Source of the DNA: Candidatus Krumholzibacteriia bacterium
GTDB taxonomy: Bacteria > Krumholzibacteriota > Krumholzibacteriia > LZORAL124-64-63
Direction of reading: 5' to 3'
NCBI GenBank assembly: GCA_016744705.1
Contig: JADGDU010000014.1
Location: 22,820-86,819 of the forward strand
DNA length: 64,000 bases
Of the stretch, positions 48,150-57,878 are shown piece by piece. The notes under the pieces were generated by a model. The model worked only from the letters and a program-made list of their open reading frames with translations, did no database searches and was not told the DNA's origin. The position numbers and the translations under genes were made by a program. The stretch's first letter is position 1. Each line of letters starts with the position of its first letter.

Positions 48150-50261
48150 ATGTCTTCCAGCCTCATGCCAACTCCAAGACTGGATCAGGGCAGCCCTGAA
48201 ACCATGCGCCAAAATATCCGCAAATATTTCACTGAAACCTGGGAAATTTATGAAGAGTTATTTGAGGTTTTGGACTGTGACGAGGCATATTTTGCCAAAG
48301 CGGATCCACTGAGGCATCCCCTTATCTTCTATTTGGGGCATACAGCCACTTTTTTCATCAATAAAATGGTCTTGGCCAAGGTCATCAGTGAGCGGGTCAA
48401 CCCTCTGTTAGAATCAATCTTTGCCGTGGGCGTGGATGAAATGAGCTGGGATGATCTCAGCGATAAGAACTACGAGTGGCCAACCGTAGCCGAAGCCTGG
48501 GAATACCGAAAACAAGCCAGAGCGGTGGTGGAACAAGCCATTGACGAGATTCCTTTGAATATGCCCATCCAATGGAATGACCCCTTTTGGGTGATCATTA
48601 TGGGTATTGAGCATGAACGCATCCATTTGGAGACCAGTTCGGTTCTGATGCGCCAATTGCCCTTGGAAATGGTCCGCTCGGTGGAGAGATTTCCCTTGTG
48701 CGAAAACTCAGGGGATGCTCCCGCCAATGAAATGCTGGTTGTGGAGGAGGGCGTGGTTGTCCAGGGGCTGCCAGATAACCACTCGTTTTATGGGTGGGAT
48801 AATGAATATGGGCATTTGAAATCAGAGGTTTCTGCATTCAAGGCTACTCGCTATCTGGTCAGTAATGATGAATTTGAGGGCTTTGTGAAGGCCGGCGGAT
48901 ACCAAACGGAAAAATATTGGACGGAAGAGGGGTGGGCCTGGAAAATTTACAGTAAGGCAGAATTTCCCACCTTTTGGGTCAAAACCGGCGAAAAATCCTA
49001 TAAATTGCGTTGTTTGGCAGAAGAAATCGATATGCCTAAGGATTGGCCTGCCGAGGTCAACTATCTGGAAGCCAAGGCTTTCTGTAGTTGGAAAGCAGAA
49101 ACGACTGGCCAACCGGTGCGTTTACCGACGGAAGCAGAATGGTACCGCATCCTGGAATCGTCAACTCTGGATGGGAAGGAGCATTGGACAGGCCACAAGG
49201 CCAACATCAATTTGGCTCAAGGAGCTTCATCCTGCCCAGTGAACGAAAACAAGCAGGGCGATTTTTTCGACGTGGTGGGCAATGTCTGGCAATGGACTGA
49301 AACACCGATCAGCGGATTCCCCGGCTTCAAGGTTCACCCTCTGTATGATGACTTTTCCACTCCCACTTTTGATACCAGGCATAACATTCTCAAGGGTGGG
49401 TCCTGGATCAGCGCAGGCAATGAAGCCAATCCTTTTTCCCGTTACGCCTTCAGAAGGCATTTTTTCCAGCATGCGGGATTTCGTTATATCGAATCGGAGG
49501 CAGAAGTGACCATCAGCGATGACATCTATGAAACTGACGAATTAGTCGGGCAGTATTGTGAGTTCCATTTCGGCCAGGAATATTACGGAGTCCCTAATTT
49601 CCCCAAAGCAACAGCAGAAATTTGTGGGGAATTGATGAAGGGCAGAAGCTTCAAGCGGGCTTTGGATCTGGGCTGCGCCACCGGTAGAAGCACCTTTGAG
49701 TTGGCTCGGTTCTTTGACCATGTCACGGGCATCGATTTCTCCGCCCGCTTTATCCGCGTGGGGCATGACATGCAGAATAAAGGGCGTATCAAGTATGCCA
49801 TCCCCAGTGAAGGCCAACTGGTTTCCTATCATGAAAAAAACCTGGAGGAATTTGGCCTGGTGGGCACCGAAAATAAGGTGGAATTCTGGCAAGGCGATGC
49901 TCACAATTTGAAGCCGCAGTTTGATAATTACGACTTGGTTCTGGCCTGTAATTTGGTGGACCGGCTTTATAGCCCTGCCAAATTTCTGGAGCACATCGCG
50001 GGCCGCATCAACAAGGGTGGCCTGTTGGTTCTGATGTCCCCTTACACTTGGTTGGAAGAATTCACTCCCCTGGAAAACTGGCTGGGCGGGCGAAAAGTTG
50101 ATGGTGAAAACCGTACCACCCTTGATGGTTTTCACAGAGAACTGGAACCAGAATTTCGCTTATTGGGCGAGCCTCGGGATGTGCCCTTTGTCATCCGTGA
50201 AACCGCCCGAAAATTCCAGCACACCCTCAGTCAAATGACGGTATGGGAGAAACTGAAGTGA
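48150..50261 (+). CDS. ovoA: 5-histidylcysteine sulfoxide synthase with C-terminal methyltransferase (ovothiol biosynthesis)
   Basis: LRHPLIFYLGHT, GVDEMSWDD, HERIHLE (HX3HXE), FGE-sulfatase domain, RYAFRRHFFQHAGFR, LDLGCATGR, PYTWLEE. Confidence 0.92.
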   Translation: MSSSLMPTPRLDQGSPETMRQNIRKYFTETWEIYEELFEVLDCDEAYFAKADPLRHPLIFYLGHTATFFINKMVLAKVISERVNPLLESIFAVGVDEMSWDDLSDKNYEWPTVAEAWEYRKQARAVVEQAIDEIPLNMPIQWNDPFWVIIMGIEHERIHLETSSVLMRQLPLEMVRSVERFPLCENSGDAPANEMLVVEEGVVVQGLPDNHSFYGWDNEYGHLKSEVSAFKATRYLVSNDEFEGFVKAGGYQTEKYWTEEGWAWKIYSKAEFPTFWVKTGEKSYKLRCLAEEIDMPKDWPAEVNYLEAKAFCSWKAETTGQPVRLPTEAEWYRILESSTLDGKEHWTGHKANINLAQGASSCPVNENKQGDFFDVVGNVWQWTETPISGFPGFKVHPLYDDFSTPTFDTRHNILKGGSWISAGNEANPFSRYAFRRHFFQHAGFRYIESEAEVTISDDIYETDELVGQYCEFHFGQEYYGVPNFPKATAEICGELMKGRSFKRALDLGCATGRSTFELARFFDHVTGIDFSARFIRVGHDMQNKGRIKYAIPSEGQLVSYHEKNLEEFGLVGTENKVEFWQGDAHNLKPQFDNYDLVLACNLVDRLYSPAKFLEHIAGRINKGGLLVLMSPYTWLEEFTPLENWLGGRKVDGENRTTLDGFHRELEPEFRLLGEPRDVPFVIRETARKFQHTLSQMTVWEKLK

Positions 50262-52123
50262 TGTATACTGTATACAGGGCTTTTTTGCTGGTCCTTCTTC
50301 TCTCTCTAATAGGTTGTGGTGAAAGAGTTTTAGAGGGAACTCGTGAAATCAGTGAAGTCATGTCCCGTGCAGAAGATGGCTGGAACGCCGGTGACTTGAA
50401 CGAATACATGCAGTGTTATCTGCATTCTGAGAATCTGCGTTTTGCAAGCGATGACGGCTTCAGTTTTGGTTGGCATCAGGTGTTGGAGAACTACCAAAGC
50501 TCCTATCCTGACCAGCGATCCATGGGACATTTGTCCTTCTATGATCTGGACATTGAATTGTTATCCGAGGACGCAGCCCTGGTGGTGGGGCGCTGGCGTT
50601 TGGACCGAAAATCAGATCAGCCCCACGGTGTTTTCACTTTGGTGATGCGCAGGGGGGCTGCCGGTTGGCGCATCGTCCATGATCACACCAGTGTTGGTGA
50701 TGGCACCCTGAGTGCCGCCGAAGCGTCCATCACAAAAGCAGGATTGCTGGACCAGGTGGAGGCCCTGACCAGTGGGGCCATGAACGGTCGTTTGCCGGGC
50801 ACCGAAGGTTACCGATTGGCGGCGGAGTTAGCCGCTGAGCACTTTGCGGATCTGGGTCTGCAGCCGGGTGGGGATAAGGGCTTTTTTCAAACCCTGCCCA
50901 TTGAAGCCAACGAAGTCATTGGCCAACCAAATTTTGGAATTTCCGGCGCTCCGGACTCATACACTTTGGGTGAAGATTATGTCTTCCGGGGATTCACCGG
51001 CGGGGGCGATTATTCTGCACCGGTGGTCTTCTGTGGTTACGGCCTCAGCTTCCCCGACCGCGGCTATGATGACTATGCGGATGTGGATGTGGAGGGCAAA
51101 ATCGTTCTGGTCTTAAAACAGGGCCCAGGTTGGGCGCTGCCAGATGATGGAGGCTGGCAGGGCATGTCCAACCCACGCCCCAAGGCTCGCACGGCTGCTG
51201 CTCATGGGGCACTTGCCGTTCTGATGATTGCCAAGCCCAATGATAAAAATCCGCAACCTCTCATTGGCAGCGTCATGCATGGCGAAGGCCAGCACTTGAA
51301 GGATGTTCCCCAGCTGCAGATCAGCCAGGCTGTGGCGGCCGAACTTCTGAAAAATTCAGACTTGAGCCTTTCGGAGCTCCAGTCCCGCATCGATGAAACG
51401 CAATCCCCTTCCTCACGACCTCTGGAATTGACTGTGGATCTGAAAGTGGAAACCCGCTACCAGCCAGCAGCAGAAACCTGGAATGTGGTGGGTATTTTGC
51501 CGGGCAGTGATCCGGACCTCAGCACTGAGTTCCTGGTTCTGGGGGCCCACCTGGATCACGTAGGGGGCCAGGCTGAGAAGGCACTTTTTCCGGGTGCCAA
51601 CGACAATGCCTCCGGATCGGCAGCAGTTATGGAAATTGCGGAAGCTTTTGTGCGGGCGGGGCAAGCGCCTCCCAGGACTCTGGTCTTTGTGCTGTTCGCG
51701 GGTGAGGAGCAGGGTTTGATTGGCAGTCAATATTATGCAGATAATCCCGTACGCCCTCTGGAGTCCACCGTGGCCATGATGAACTTTGACTGCATCGCCC
51801 ACGGCGACAGTATTCGGGTGGGGGGCGGTAAGTCGGCACCTCTGCTTTGGGGACGCACTCTGCAGTTGGATGCGGTGGCTGAGAACCTTATGATTCCCGG
51901 GACCTGGAGAGGGGGCGGCGCCGATGCGACACCCTTTTTTAACCAGGGATTACCCACCTTGTATTTTGTGACCACCAATACCTATACCCATTTGCATCGT
52001 ACAAGCGACAGGGTGCAAACTCTCAATGGCGATTTATTTCAAGCCATCACTCGGTTGGGATACCGGACAGCCTCCTGGATAGCTGATGGAGGGTACCAGA
52101 GGGAAATGTTGATCCGCCAATAG
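50261..52123 (+). CDS. M28 peptidase lipoprotein with N-terminal NTF2/DUF4440 domain and PA domain
   Basis: LIGC lipobox; WNAGDL..WRIVHDHTS; DDYADVDVEGKIV; GAHLDH, GANDNASG, GEEQGL, NFD. Confidence 0.88.
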   Translation: MYTVYRAFLLVLLLSLIGCGERVLEGTREISEVMSRAEDGWNAGDLNEYMQCYLHSENLRFASDDGFSFGWHQVLENYQSSYPDQRSMGHLSFYDLDIELLSEDAALVVGRWRLDRKSDQPHGVFTLVMRRGAAGWRIVHDHTSVGDGTLSAAEASITKAGLLDQVEALTSGAMNGRLPGTEGYRLAAELAAEHFADLGLQPGGDKGFFQTLPIEANEVIGQPNFGISGAPDSYTLGEDYVFRGFTGGGDYSAPVVFCGYGLSFPDRGYDDYADVDVEGKIVLVLKQGPGWALPDDGGWQGMSNPRPKARTAAAHGALAVLMIAKPNDKNPQPLIGSVMHGEGQHLKDVPQLQISQAVAAELLKNSDLSLSELQSRIDETQSPSSRPLELTVDLKVETRYQPAAETWNVVGILPGSDPDLSTEFLVLGAHLDHVGGQAEKALFPGANDNASGSAAVMEIAEAFVRAGQAPPRTLVFVLFAGEEQGLIGSQYYADNPVRPLESTVAMMNFDCIAHGDSIRVGGGKSAPLLWGRTLQLDAVAENLMIPGTWRGGGADATPFFNQGLPTLYFVTTNTYTHLHRTSDRVQTLNGDLFQAITRLGYRTASWIADGGYQREMLIRQ

Positions 52124-52136
52124 TGGGGATATAAAA

Positions 52137-52165
52137 AGCGGAAGGCACCTCTAGTGCCTTCCGCT
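52137..52165. terminator. Intrinsic terminator between convergent genes
   Basis: AGCGGAAGGCAC-ctcta-GTGCCTTCCGCT 12-bp stem with 5' A-run. Confidence 0.8.
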
Positions 52166-52183
52166 CATTCATTCTGAAGAGAG

Positions 52184-52849
52184 CTATTTGCTTTCAATAC
52201 TCCCCATACCGCTGACCTTGGTATCTTTATCTTCGGGATCCCCATAGTAGGTAAGGTTGCCCACGCCAGAGACCCGGCCGCGGATGCTGTCTTTGGCATA
52301 CACTTCGGCGTTGCCGGCTCCCGAAATGCTAACCTTTACATCCTTGGCTTTCAGATCGGTGGTATCGGCTTCTCCGGCACCACTGATATTGATCTCCAGT
52401 TGATCCACTTTGCCGTCCATCTTCAAATTGCCGGCACCACTCAGTTTGTAAGCAAATTCATGGCCACTGAAACCGGAAATGTCCAGATCACACGCACCGT
52501 GAATGCTGACTTCTTCCAGTTTTTTAACCACAATTTTCACATGGCAGTCGTTGCTGGGTTGGCAGTTTCGGCCCCAACCCAGATTGAGCCATTGCCCTTT
52601 GACCTTAGCATCAAAATGCTCCCAGAGATTGTCGTCAATGGTCACTTCCACCTTCTGCTTGCTGCCGAAGCTGACTTCAACATCAAAAGCTCCCCCCACA
52701 TCCAGAGCGTGAAATTCATCCAGATTGAGTTGCCGGGTTTCCATATGGCCAGAGCCTTCTTTGCCATTGCCAAAGGAAAAGGCCACAGCCTGGCTGGCTG
52801 CAAAAAGGAGAATGAGGACGAGGGATATGGACCATAACTTTCTATACAT
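52184..52849 (-). CDS. GIN/DUF2807 beta-helix protein, secreted
   Basis: Signal peptide; GSG..TR, DDNL, repeated SGAG; YYGDP. Confidence 0.85.
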   Translation of the reverse strand: MYRKLWSISLVLILLFAASQAVAFSFGNGKEGSGHMETRQLNLDEFHALDVGGAFDVEVSFGSKQKVEVTIDDNLWEHFDAKVKGQWLNLGWGRNCQPSNDCHVKIVVKKLEEVSIHGACDLDISGFSGHEFAYKLSGAGNLKMDGKVDQLEINISGAGEADTTDLKAKDVKVSISGAGNAEVYAKDSIRGRVSGVGNLTYYGDPEDKDTKVSGMGSIESK

Positions 52850-52948
52850 GGGCAGCCTCCTGGGCATGTTTGTGCATCGGGGTTGCTATAGAGACGTTGT
52901 TCGGCAGGAAAAGGTTGGAATGAATGGGATTATTTTTTGTGGTAGATA

Positions 52949-52982
52949 TGGAAAACCCCGAGCCAAGGCCCGGGGTTTTCCA
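52949..52982 (-). terminator. Hairpin terminator downstream of the porin gene
   Basis: TGGAAAACCCCG...CGGGGTTTTCCA 12-bp stem. Confidence 0.7.
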
Positions 52983-53018
52983 AGGAGGAAATCCTTATCC
53001 TGGAGGATAAAGTATAAC

Positions 53019-54098
53019 CTAGAACTTCGTGACCATACCCCAGCTGATGCCCATGGGGCTTTCGCCGGCAGCAGAAGCGCCAATGCTGGAACCGTGACCA
53101 TTGCCGCCACCACTCAAGCCGTGCATGGATGCATCACCGTTCATGACGGTGGCATACTGCAGGTAGGTGTAAGTCTTCTGGCCCAGCTGACGGTCTACAC
53201 CGAGAGCCAAGAGAGCATAGTCGTCGTCGTCAGTATCGGTGTCAGGATCAGCCATGAAGTAGGCAGCCTTAACTGCGTAAACTTCGGCGAAGTCAAATTT
53301 GGCTTCCAGGCCGAAGGTCTGAGCTGTCATGTCATCAAAGCCGTCGAAGGTCTCGTTGAGGGCTTGACCGGAAAGGGTCTGGAACAGACCGGCAACTGCG
53401 AAAGTACCAAAGTCGTACTTGGCAGTGGCGCGGATACCGTTGGACGAATCGCCATACATCATGACATCGTCAGCATCGGCGTAGGTCTCGGAGAAACCCT
53501 TGCTCAGCATTTCATAAGCAACACCCACGTACAGGGCGTCTTTGCTATAAGCAGCAGAGCCACTGAAGGCAGTCATAGCTTCGTCGGCGCCAAGAACGCC
53601 CTGGTCCAACATGTAGCCCAGCACAACGCCGAAGCCGCTCATGTCAGGAGAAGCGTAAACAACCACGTCTTGCAGACGACGATCCCAGCCCATGGTGGTC
53701 TGGCGGTTGTCACCCAATTCGTCGTAGAAGAAGGTAGCTTTGCGACCGATGGTCTTGAAGGGGGTGTCATGGATACCATAAAGGAAGGTACCCCAGTCAC
53801 CATTCAGGCCCAGGTAACTGTTGCGAGTCACGAGGGTGTTGGAACCCTTCTGGGCCAAGTTGATGGCACTTTCGAATTGCCAGATGAAGGTCAGTTTTTC
53901 GGTGAGTTCTTTGGAACCTTTGAATCCGAAACGAGAAGTGTTGTTGGCCATCATGATCTGGCTGTCTTCACTGTCGCTCATGTAGTCGAGGGACGTGTGC
54001 AGTTTGCCATAAATCTTGTAGGCGTCTTCAGCAAGAGCAGCGCCGGAAACCAGAATGGTCGCCAGAACGAGCAGAGCAATCATTTTCTTAGTAAACAA
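53019..54098 (-). CDS. Gram-negative porin (Porin_4 type)
   Basis: Signal peptide; IYGKL, SRFGFKGS.EL, QFES, RNSYLGL.G.WG, DTPFK; C-terminal F; strong codon bias. Confidence 0.9.
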   Translation of the reverse strand: MFTKKMIALLVLATILVSGAALAEDAYKIYGKLHTSLDYMSDSEDSQIMMANNTSRFGFKGSKELTEKLTFIWQFESAINLAQKGSNTLVTRNSYLGLNGDWGTFLYGIHDTPFKTIGRKATFFYDELGDNRQTTMGWDRRLQDVVVYASPDMSGFGVVLGYMLDQGVLGADEAMTAFSGSAAYSKDALYVGVAYEMLSKGFSETYADADDVMMYGDSSNGIRATAKYDFGTFAVAGLFQTLSGQALNETFDGFDDMTAQTFGLEAKFDFAEVYAVKAAYFMADPDTDTDDDDYALLALGVDRQLGQKTYTYLQYATVMNGDASMHGLSGGGNGHGSSIGASAAGESPMGISWGMVTKF

Positions 54099-54766
54099 AG
54101 TCGGACCTCCTTGAAATCCACTGGGGTGTTATCGAAAGGCAAGCCTTTCGAAACTTCAATGTCCCCGTATGGGGGCACCGAATCTCTTGTTGCAACAGAC
54201 CGTAATGCCCGATGCAACAAATCTTAGCCACACAGTGATGGCATCTCTATCCATGAGTTCAGGTCGTGTGGATATCCTCGGTGCGTTTACAAAACCTGAA
54301 CCATACGCAAATAAACCCATGAGACCTTTTACCTGATCGAGTTGATCATTTAAAAAGGCCCGGGGGGCTTGCTGCGATTTTAAGTTCAGCCTGCATTCGC
54401 TCTTCCCCTGGTCTGCCTCTTTCCTTATTCTCATAAGGGTGGAAGCTACCAGGTTGGATCGAGGGTCGCCCAATTGCTCGGAGATTTTCCCAGAACAATC
54501 TGCCACAACCAGTGCCTGACCGCATTTTCAGTGGATGTGGACAAGTCTGTCAACATATTATTTCCACTGCAAATTTAGCTGTATAAAAAAACGGTCATCT
54601 TCCGAGGGGCAAAGATTATGTCCTTTTGGGGATAGTTCAACTAATTTCTTGCCTGTTTTGATAAGCCATGTTCGTTTAGCTTCTGGAAAGAAAAAGTGTT
54701 CGCTCTGATTTTCTGGCGTTAGTGTGAGCTGGAATAAGAAAACTGAATGGCACCAAACGTATCGGG

Positions 54767-56563
54767 ATGGTCAAACCAAAAATGAAAATACTCACTGTCG
54801 TTTTCCTGCTGCTTCTTTGGGCCACCGGAATTTCGGGTGCTTCGTTGGAGACGATTTATGAATTTTCGGCGGGCACCAAGACACCCAGTTATGACGAAAC
54901 GCTGGCCTGGTTTGATGACCTGGTAGCGGCCAGTGATTATCTGAAGCTGGAGTCATTTGGAACCAGCCCTCAGGGGCGCAAACTTCCTCTCATCATTGCC
55001 GACAGCCAGCAACGGTTTCGTGCGGACCAACATCGGAACCGTCAGGACGAAGTGGTGCTTCTGGTGCAGGCCTGTATTCACGCGGGAGAAAGTTGTGGGA
55101 AAGATGCAGGGATGTTGTTGCTTCGCCAGCTGGCCACCGACCCTGAATTGCGGGCAGAACTCCTGGACCAGATAACCTTGCTGTTCATTCCCATTTTCAA
55201 TGTGGATGGGCACGAACGGTTTGGGCCCTACGGTCGCATCAACCAGAACGGTCCTGATGAAATGGGCTGGCGAGTCACGGCGACCAACCAGAATCTCAAC
55301 CGGGATTTTTTAAAGGCCGATACTTTGGAAATGCGCCATTGGTTGGAGATGTACCAGCAGTGGCAGCCCGATTTTATGATCGACATCCACAGCACCGATG
55401 GGGCCGACTATCAGTACGCTATTACATATGGTCTCGAAACTCACGGCAATATGGATGTTGGCCTGACCCAATGGACCAATCAATATAGTGACGAGATGAA
55501 TGCCGTTATGAGCCAGGCAGATTTTCCCATGGCGCCATATGTCTCTTTCCGTCAGTGGCATGATCCGCGCAGTGGCTTGATCACCTGGGTGGCTGGTCCT
55601 CGTTATAGCCAAGGTTATACGGCGCTCCAGAACCGGCCGGGCCTGCTGATCGAAACCCACATGTTGAAAGATTATCCCACACGGGTTGAGGCGGCTTATC
55701 AATTGGTGGTGGAAACCATGGGGCACCTGAATGAAGAGGCGGGTGCGTTGCGAGAACTGGTGCTGAATGCCGATGCCCACACCGCCAGTGCGGCTTTTCG
55801 TGAGGAGCCCTTTGCTCTCAGTTTTAAATCCACCGAGAAGCATCGTCCTTTTAAATTTCTGGGGGTTTCCTATGAAAAAGTAAAAAGCGATATCACCGGT
55901 GGCGATTGGTTCCGCTTCAGTGGCGAACCAGAAACCATGATGATTGAGATGTATGATGATATGGAGCCCGACCAGACGAGCCACTTGCCCGAGGCCTATC
56001 TGATACCTCCGGAGTGGACGGTTATTATAGACCGTTTGTCATTGCATGGGATCCAGTTCCAGCGTCTGGCCAAAGAGGCGGAAGTGGAAGTGCGCAGCTG
56101 GCGTTTCCGAGATGCCAAGTGGCAGGAAAAACCCTATGAGGGGCATCACCCCGTGCGCTTTGAGATGGATCCGTTGCTGGAGAAGCGGATTTATCCTGCG
56201 GGAACGGTGGTGGTTGATATGAACCAAAGGGCGGCCAGGGTGGCGGCCCACATGCTCCAGCCCCAAGGGGCCGATTCTCTGGTGCGTTGGGGGTACCTGG
56301 ATGCCATCTTTGAACGGGTGGAATATGTGGAGTCTTATGTCATTGAAAATATGATTAGGGAAATGGTGGTTGAACAACCGGAATTACTAGTGGAGCTGGA
56401 GCAGCGAAAACTGGAGGATCCGGAATTTGCCAAAGACGCCTGGGCTATTCGGTATTGGTTTTACGAAAAAACGCCATATTACGACCAACGGGTAGGGGTC
56501 TATCCTGTGGGCTTGCTTGATGATAGAGAGTTCATACAGAAACAGATTGTTTTTGAAAAATAA
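54767..56563 (+). CDS. M14 metallocarboxypeptidase family protein, secreted
   Basis: IHAGE, NVDGHE, NLNRDF, DIHSTDG, LIETH. Confidence 0.88.
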   Translation: MVKPKMKILTVVFLLLLWATGISGASLETIYEFSAGTKTPSYDETLAWFDDLVAASDYLKLESFGTSPQGRKLPLIIADSQQRFRADQHRNRQDEVVLLVQACIHAGESCGKDAGMLLLRQLATDPELRAELLDQITLLFIPIFNVDGHERFGPYGRINQNGPDEMGWRVTATNQNLNRDFLKADTLEMRHWLEMYQQWQPDFMIDIHSTDGADYQYAITYGLETHGNMDVGLTQWTNQYSDEMNAVMSQADFPMAPYVSFRQWHDPRSGLITWVAGPRYSQGYTALQNRPGLLIETHMLKDYPTRVEAAYQLVVETMGHLNEEAGALRELVLNADAHTASAAFREEPFALSFKSTEKHRPFKFLGVSYEKVKSDITGGDWFRFSGEPETMMIEMYDDMEPDQTSHLPEAYLIPPEWTVIIDRLSLHGIQFQRLAKEAEVEVRSWRFRDAKWQEKPYEGHHPVRFEMDPLLEKRIYPAGTVVVDMNQRAARVAAHMLQPQGADSLVRWGYLDAIFERVEYVESYVIENMIREMVVEQPELLVELEQRKLEDPEFAKDAWAIRYWFYEKTPYYDQRVGVYPVGLLDDREFIQKQIVFEK

Positions 56564-56722
56564 TGATGAATTCTTTAGTCTGTGGCGGTTTCCGGAACAA
56601 ACAGAATGACTTTTGACTTTTTTATTGCAGGATAAGACTGAAACATGATAGAGTCGTCCATTCTGCAGTAACGGGATTCTCCTGTTGCGTCTTGATGTTC
56701 ATTACCCTTTGGAGGGAAACCT

Positions 56723-57643
56723 ATGAGAAAATTTGTTATCGCTTTGTTGGCTGTCATGATGGTCACCGGTGCTGTATATGCATCTGACAAACCCGCCCTT
56801 GAGAAACCTGTTTTGCCTGTAGACATTAATGTTGATATCACCGAGAACGAACCCAACGACGATTGCACTATAGCCGACTATTTGACCGTAGATGACAACT
56901 ATATGGCTGCCATCGATCCTGCTGGTGATGAAGACTGGTTTGAAGTGTTTTACCCCGCTGGTGGCGAAGTGGCTTTCCAGACACATCCCGGTGATGTTAA
57001 TGATACCAAGTTGTACCTGTATGCTGATGACTGCGAAACTGAACTTGCATATAACGATGATGGTGGCGGACAGGGTTATTACAGCCTCATCGAGTATACT
57101 ATTGATCCCAATACCACATATTTTGTCAAAGTGACTGGTTTCAGCGGAACCACTCAGGGATCTTACTTCCTGACTATGGCTCTGGCCGATCCTCCTCCTC
57201 CTGCTCCTGAAAATGACACCTGCGAGGGCGCCCTGCCACTTCCTTTCGGAACTTTCGAGATTGATAACACCGGTGCTGCCGATGATTACAATCCTGGATC
57301 CGATGGTTGCACGGGATTCAACGCTCCTGGTCTTGACATTGTTTATTACATCGATCTGGTCGAAAACCAGCAAATTGAAGTCACTGCCGAATCCACTTTT
57401 GATACCTCCCTGTATCTGGTGACGGATTGTGCTGATGTTGAAAATAGCTGTGTTGTCGGAGCCGACGTTTATGGCGAACCTGAGCACATCATCTTTGATG
57501 CTGGTAGCAATCCCGGCCGTTATTATGTCATTTTTGATGGATTCAGTTCCACTGGTCAGGGAGTCTGGACCGTTTCAGTTCCCGAAGGCGTTGTGGCCAC
57601 TCAGGAGACCACTTTTGACAGCCTGAAGAGCATGTACCGGTAA
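56723..57643 (+). CDS. Secreted PPC-domain protein with the C-terminal motif
   Basis: Signal peptide; ENEPND, GDEDWF, DTKLYLY, YNDDGG; PPPAPENDTC; ends VATQETTFDSLKSMYR. Confidence 0.8.
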   Translation: MRKFVIALLAVMMVTGAVYASDKPALEKPVLPVDINVDITENEPNDDCTIADYLTVDDNYMAAIDPAGDEDWFEVFYPAGGEVAFQTHPGDVNDTKLYLYADDCETELAYNDDGGGQGYYSLIEYTIDPNTTYFVKVTGFSGTTQGSYFLTMALADPPPPAPENDTCEGALPLPFGTFEIDNTGAADDYNPGSDGCTGFNAPGLDIVYYIDLVENQQIEVTAESTFDTSLYLVTDCADVENSCVVGADVYGEPEHIIFDAGSNPGRYYVIFDGFSSTGQGVWTVSVPEGVVATQETTFDSLKSMYR

Positions 57644-57680
57644 TTTTTCGGTAAACTAAAAACTCTTTTATGAGTGATCC

Positions 57681-57716
57681 GCGGCCGCATCTTCAGTGAT
57701 GCGGCCGCTTTTTTTT
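57681..57716 (+). terminator. Rho-independent terminator
   Basis: GCGGCCGCATC-ttcagt-GATGCGGCCGC followed by T8. Confidence 0.88.
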
Positions 57717-57878
57717 GAGTTCAAAATGGGACTGCCTATTTCTTTTTTGAGTTGGAGACAATAGAATTAGTAAACTTGGTTAGTTGTAGTGATCGATATC
57801 GTGAAAATCCGAGGTATGGGGATTGCAGATTTTGGCTCGTGTTTGTCTTGGATATCTTTCAAACAAAGGGGAAAGAGC

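Noticed and set aside
54132..54177. GGCAAGCC..TCGAAA resemblance to a c-di-GMP-I riboswitch
   Set aside because: It is on the strand opposite the porin and lacks the GGGACGCAAA/second-stem consensus; kept only as part of the structured leader.
52725..54227. 500-aa plus-strand ORF
   Set aside because: Antisense shadow of the strongly codon-biased porin gene; no recognisable motifs, and it crosses a terminator and another gene.
54156..54506. 116-aa minus-strand ORF upstream of the porin
   Set aside because: No recognisable family or clear RBS; the region is better explained by RNA structure, although a leader peptide is not excluded.
56702..57487. 261-aa minus-strand ORF
   Set aside because: Shadow of the secreted PPC-domain gene, which has the RBS, signal peptide and terminator.
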